Part shown: positions 58,610 to 64,000 of the stretch, in pieces
How the letters are laid out: every line of letters starts with the position of its first letter
Numbering within the stretch: the first letter of the stretch is position 1
NCBI RefSeq assembly: GCF_009914755.1
Contig: NC_060931.1
Strand: one strand, 5' to 3'
Source of the DNA: the human T2T-CHM13v2.0 reference genome, Homo sapiens
DNA: 64,000 nt
Made by a program: the position numbers and the translations under genes
The notes under the pieces: generated by a model
The model's database searches: none
What the model was told of the DNA's origin: nothing
What the model saw: the letters and a program-made list of their open reading frames with translations, nothing else

Positions 58610-58820
58610 AGCATGGAGGGTCTTAAGTCCAACTGAACTGGATTTAAACAGTAGCTTCCTGACTTATTCAATCTGAGAAAATGATTCAATTTCTCTGTGT
58701 CTTAGTTTCTACCACTAAAAAATTGGAATAAGCATAGTGTCAAGTTTAAACAGCTGCTCAAGTATTGCCAAAATCAGATGTAGTTCTTGGTATATAGTAC
58801 ATACTTAATAAATGTTGGAT
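58610..58820 (+). mobile_element. MIR fragment
   Basis: tctctgtgtcttagtttctac.actaaaaaattggaataa...atagtacatacttaataaatgtt. Confidence 0.55.
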
Positions 58821-58925
58821 TGAAAGGCAGCAATTTAAGGGGTCTGCTATTTTTTCCCTCCTATTTTTCAGTATTACATTTTTATGAGTGCTTGGCTGGT
58901 TTAACCCCAACTCTCTGCAAGTCTG

Positions 58926-59329
58926 TGTATTACTCAGGTTCTCCAGAAAACAGAAGCAATGTACATAACCAGCAAAAGATATACGTGTGTATATATATGT
59001 GTGTACACACACATACATATATATGCACACACACACAAACATATATAATGTAAACCAATCATATAAGCCAAATCCTTCTAAAACTTTATGTACACATAGC
59101 CTTATAATAAATTTACTGTAAGGAATTGATTAATTCCTTACAGTAAATTTATGTACCCATATCCTTATAATAATTTTATTATGATCTGTGATCTGCTTTA
59201 CTCAGCCTACTGACTCAAATGTCAGTCTCACCCAGAAGCACCCTCACAGACACACCTAGAGTAATATTTCACCAACTATCTGGGCACATAAAATTGACAC
59301 ACAAATTTGACATAAAATTAACCATGACA
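58926..59329 (-). mobile_element. MLT2 (ERVL) LTR, internally deleted/rearranged
   Basis: tgtattactcaggttctccaga.aacagaa ... caccctcacagacacacctag.gtaata...ttgacataaaattaaccat.aca. Confidence 0.82.
59107..59152. repeat. Perfect 21-bp inverted repeat, 4-nt spacer
   Basis: ataaatttactgtaaggaatt-gatt-aattccttacagtaaatttat. Confidence 0.95.
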
Positions 59330-61044
59330 GTTGGACACAGAGTCTTCTAACATCACTGACCTCCACCCACCTCCCTCTGTAGTCATGGACCTGAAGTCAC
59401 TCTCCTAAAGAATGTATATCTCTGGATCTACTGGAGTGGCAAAGCGGGTATAATTTTATGGAGTGCATGAATCCTACCAGCCACTTCTAAGCCCTTGATG
59501 GGCCTGCATTCTCCAGACAAGCTGGTTGTTGTCCTTACCAATGTGGTCACAATGTAAGTTATGGCATCCTATTATAGATGCTATTATTAATCTTGAAATT
59601 GTTCTTTCCAAAGTCACAGGAGTCATGATTCCATAATTGGCACGGTGCTAGTGTCAACTCATTTCGTCCCAAATTCGCTCACATGAAAGAGATAAAAATC
59701 TTTACCTCCAGAGAGTATATAGGTATGGGAATATTTTTGTGAATGTGATTAGGCTTTCAACTAGCATTTTAGTTTCAGATCATAAACTTGCCTATACTCT
59801 TCCAAAATCCAAGTGGATAAGGATGAGGGAGAAGGAATTTCTGTACACTTGAAATCAATTCACTAAGTGACAGTGGTCTGGGGACTGGCCCCTGAACTAT
59901 CTAATCCAAACAAGCAACTACAATGGAAATAAATTACAAAACTAAACTGTAATTCAAGTAAAGATAGAAAATGTTATAAAGTGGTGCTAGAGAATTGCAA
60001 CTTTGGAAGCCCTTGACAACAAAGTGTCTTAAGAGTTTTCCTAAGTTAACAATTGTAGAAGAGAGAAGGATAGTAACACCAATAGAGAACTGTCTGGATA
60101 TGAAAGGATTAAAAGAGATCTTTGGGAGACTGACACCCCAAATGTTTATGCAAAAAATGACCCTCTTAGTGATCATGCTGAGAAAGCAGCAGTTAACTAA
60201 AGGAGCTATATGGAAAAATTATCCCCTCTGTCTCAGAAAAAATAAAAATAAATAAATAAAAGGTCACAATTCATTCTTTGTTCTACACATTAGTAGTTAC
60301 AAAATCGTAAGTAAATTTTGATAAATACAATAGACTTAGTTTTCATAATGTTTAGTTTTATTTTCAAGACAGGGCCACAATCATACCTTGAAGTTTTTGT
60401 TCCTATTTTAGTTAGATCCAATTTAGTTGGCTTTTCTTTTCCCTCACCATTTAATAGTTGGATAACAAAAGTCTTTCTCTCAGCTGTGCCAAAATGCGTA
60501 CTACATTTGCATGTGTGTTATTATGTTACAGTGTCTACAGCCATAAGTTACTAGAAGTTAAGTGTTTGCTTATATCTTCCAGGCCTAAGAAACCGTGGTG
60601 TCTCTTCTCTATATTCTCTAGGGTCATATTTTCCTCTGGGTTTATCTTGGATATTCTCTGATGAACTGTAGACTTTTGTCAATAGTTTATATTCCTTGTA
60701 TTTCCATGTCTACTTAAGAATAAGACAAAAAGAAGGCCACAGAGAGCTCTGTGTGTGGGGAGGCAGACCACATTAGGGCCAGATGGTTAGGAGAAGGTCT
60801 TTGTGCTGTGAGACCCTTTCTTCTGGTCTGAAGCCCCCGTCTCACTCCACTTAACTCTAAATCCTTCCAAGCAGACACATCCTAGTTATAGGTCTACTCT
60901 CCTATCTGAGAAAACAAGCCTGAATCTGTGGGAAAATGCTGTGTGGCTTTATTTCTGCCTTTTAATTTTGTCTTCTCAGGCTATTATCTTCTTCTTACTG
61001 CATCTAAGGTATACTTAGATGAGGTCTACTGCATCTAAGCTGAC

Positions 61045-61200
61045 ATATGAGAGTTCTCGTTCAAGCTCTGTCTCTAACTGGCTTTGTGATCTCAGACATG
61101 TATCTTAACCTGTCTGGACCTCGGGTTCCTTCTGTAAAGTGTATGGCCTGGCTGAGGTTTCTAACACCCCTTTTAGCTCGTAACGTCTACGATTCTAAAA
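61045..61200 (+). mobile_element. MIR3-like fragment
   Basis: taactggctttgtgatct...cttaacctgtctggacctcgggttcct...ttctaa...cttttagctc. Confidence 0.55.
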
Positions 61201-61559
61201 GAAATTTATAAGAGTGTCTCCATTATAAGTCTCCACTCCAGACACTCCAGAATGTCACTCACTGCATGGCCAAACGCCAATCTGCTTCTTTAAACCTGCG
61301 CATGAGCACTAAGCTTCATGTCAAACTGGAAGTTCCAGTTCCCTCCATGATCTTGCCCTCTTCTTCCTACTTTCCTATTTAGTGATCCCCTTAGCCCACC
61401 CCTGCTTTTTGAAAATGATTCTATGTTGCCAAACAAACTCCAAGGCTAAGTCCTCTCAAAGATTTCTTTAAACTTCTCACCAAGAAAGAGTTTTACCTTC
61501 TTGGGATTTCCATAGAATTTTGTTCATAAACTTTCATTATGCCGAATATACTCTATGCT

Positions 61560-61745
61560 TTATATGTGGTCTTTTTGAACTAAGCCCGTTTATACTTCTA
61601 AATTCTAACGTCTTAGAAGGCAAAAAGATTGCCAATTCACTTGTTGTGCTTTTCTTTTCCCCCAAGCCCCTAGCGTGGTGTTTTGTGTATAGTGGTACAT
61701 AAAACAACTACGATCCATTGGAAGAATGAATGAATAAATGAATGT
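61560..61745 (+). mobile_element. L2 3' end
   Basis: ccctagcgtggtgttttg...ttggaagaatgaatgaataaatgaatg. Confidence 0.55.
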
Positions 61746-64000
61746 GCAAACCAATGAAGGGGAAAATGAGCAAATGCCTTTGAATCTCATATATAAGAAC
61801 TTGGTAAAAAAAAAAATAATTGCATACAAAGGAAAAGCAGGAATGAGAAAAGCCAGGCAGGAAAAAATAAGTTGGGATTCCCAGTGGTTCTCTTTCCCTA
61901 CTTCTCAGAATTATAGAAAGAAAAGATTGAGACCCACATTCATGGCCATATTGAGGCCTGGTGTGAGTTTTAGGGCAGCTTGCAGTGGATAAAAGTGACA
62001 TTCAGTTTTTTGGGGAAGTCCACAAAACTGTGGAGCAGGTCAGGCTGAACTCTTGTGAAGTCATTAATTCTATATTTGCTCTCTCCCTTTCATCTTCATA
62101 GGTTTAATAGTAAATCATTCCTCATTCCTCTGGACTCTGGTTTCTTTTCTGGAGCTTGTTCCAATGATGTAGAGCCCTAAACACAAAGTACAAATGCTAA
62201 ATTTCCCCCTGCAAAGTTAAAAAAAAAGGGCAAGACATGACATTCAAAATAAGCAAGCACCCCTGAAAGCCAACTGGTTATTGCTAAGGTTGCTGCTGGT
62301 GAAAAATTTATAAATTGCTTTTTTAGGCAAGCAGTGGAATGGTCAAAAATGCCAATAATTTAACTTCCAAGAGTTTTAATTAAGAAGAAAAAAATTAAGA
62401 GGTAAACACTTGGATCACGTATATTATCTAGTGACCCAAAATAGATATATGACTTCTCTCTGGGATAGTTTGATTTCCCTTGGAAGTTTCAGAACACGTA
62501 ATTGGGGGCAGGGCTACCTGAGGCTAGAGTCAAAATGATTTTCTTAGTGCCTAGTTGCATATGAGGCAGAGAAAGCAATTTCCAGAAGAGAAATCACACT
62601 GCATTTGGCTTGCCCATCAATGGCTCCATATAATAGCAACATCACTCACACATAACTTTGTTTTAGTGGCTGATATTAAGAAAAATTGTTGCCTGCAATA
62701 TGATGCACAGGGCTGTCAAATTCACACATACATGCCCTTTGGTCTGAAAATGATTCTGTTTTTATAGCATCAATTCAGCAGTGCAAAGTTCATAAATTTG
62801 TATTAGGAATATGAGGGCCACATTGCATCACAAGAAGAAAGCAAAACTCGGTTACTGAGAAAATGTAGGCCCATCTTCAGAAATTGATGTCTGGGTCTAA
62901 CTCATGAGTCAGTGGGAATTTTCTAGAAATCAATGTGGGATATAGCTCATATTTTGAAAAGGTAGATCTTCAAAGGGGACTTTATTCGATATTTATGATG
63001 AAGATGATTGCCCAAACCTCTAAAATGGCAGTAAGCCTTAATTGCATCGTGTAGAAGTTGAATGCTCTCATAAGAAAATCATCTTGGGCTGAACTGGATA
63101 AACTCTGAGGTCTGAGTGAGAGAGGTTTATCTCAGCAAGGAAACTGGATTACTGCTTAGAAAAAGAGAATAATGAGTAGCATTATCAACCTAACACAATA
63201 AGTACTGCTTTTAGGAGAAGTTTGAAAATAAATGAATAAAGACAAGACTGGAATCAGCCACTTCCTTGTAAGAGAAAAAAACAAGTAGAACTAAAGTCTC
63301 AACACCCATATCAGGAAAGTCACTGGGGAGCAGGCTTCTCTGCAGATGTAGTATAGGGGCTCAGCCAGAAAATCAAGAGCAGCGAGCAGAGCAGGTGGGA
63401 GGAAGCAATTGCATGATACTTTGCCTCTCACATGCAGTGTTTTGGAAAATAGCTATTTCTTTAAAAGGATACAGCAAGAGAATATTTACCTCTAACTCTC
63501 CATGGTCCTGCCTTTAAAAGGGTTCTGAAGGCAGAGAATGGACAACATTTTTCCCAGATTTTTCTTCGTTTTCTTAGACGAGTCAAAACAACCAAGGGAA
63601 AAGAGTGGTTGCAGCTGTACTTGAAATGTAACATGGAAAATGGGTAGAATCTATAACACGACTGCTCTGGAACAAAAAGCATTCTCCAGGATTCTTGTCT
63701 TCAAAGAAGATGAATCCAAACTTGGCATGACATGGCCTTTCTACTCACTTTAGAGCCAAGGGGCCAAGAGGGAGCCTGATACTCTAAACCCTTCCACCTT
63801 AACCAGCTCAATGGCTTTCTCTTAAAGGACATGATCCACAGCACAGCCAGGTATGGCTGGGTGTGTATTTTTATGACTGTCACTGTTGAGTCCCCTTGGG
63901 GCATATTCTTCAACTTCTCCTCCCTCCTCCCCCATGTAGGAAAGATGAAAGGGGATCTCCAAGAGCCTTTGTCAACTCGCGGTCTTGTCTCCTGTTTTGT

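Overview
This is primate (human-like) intronic or intergenic DNA, not prokaryotic. I found no recognisable protein-coding gene, RNA gene, CRISPR array or CpG island, and I cannot name the locus. Much of the window is transposon-derived: five Alus, a near-full-length old L1PA (minus strand, 29437-36281), a 5'-truncated L1PA4-like element (40258-43011), older L1M fragments, many MIR/L2 pieces, MaLR/ERVL LTRs and hAT/mariner MITEs. All ORFs with recognisable protein content are L1 ORF1/ORF2 remnants or Alu artefacts. Subfamily names and the boundaries of old repeats come from remembered consensus and are approximate. I see no evidence for a new multi-gene system. The most notable signals are: (1) an apparent ancient L1 3'-transduction at 27933-28310 with TSDs, AATAAA and a second A-tail; (2) a 27-nt TSD-flanked micro-retroposon at 19311-19337; (3) five short duplication-plus-inverted-copy scars, including a perfect 21-bp hairpin at 59107-59152; (4) candidate plus-strand non-coding exons in repeat-poor blocks.
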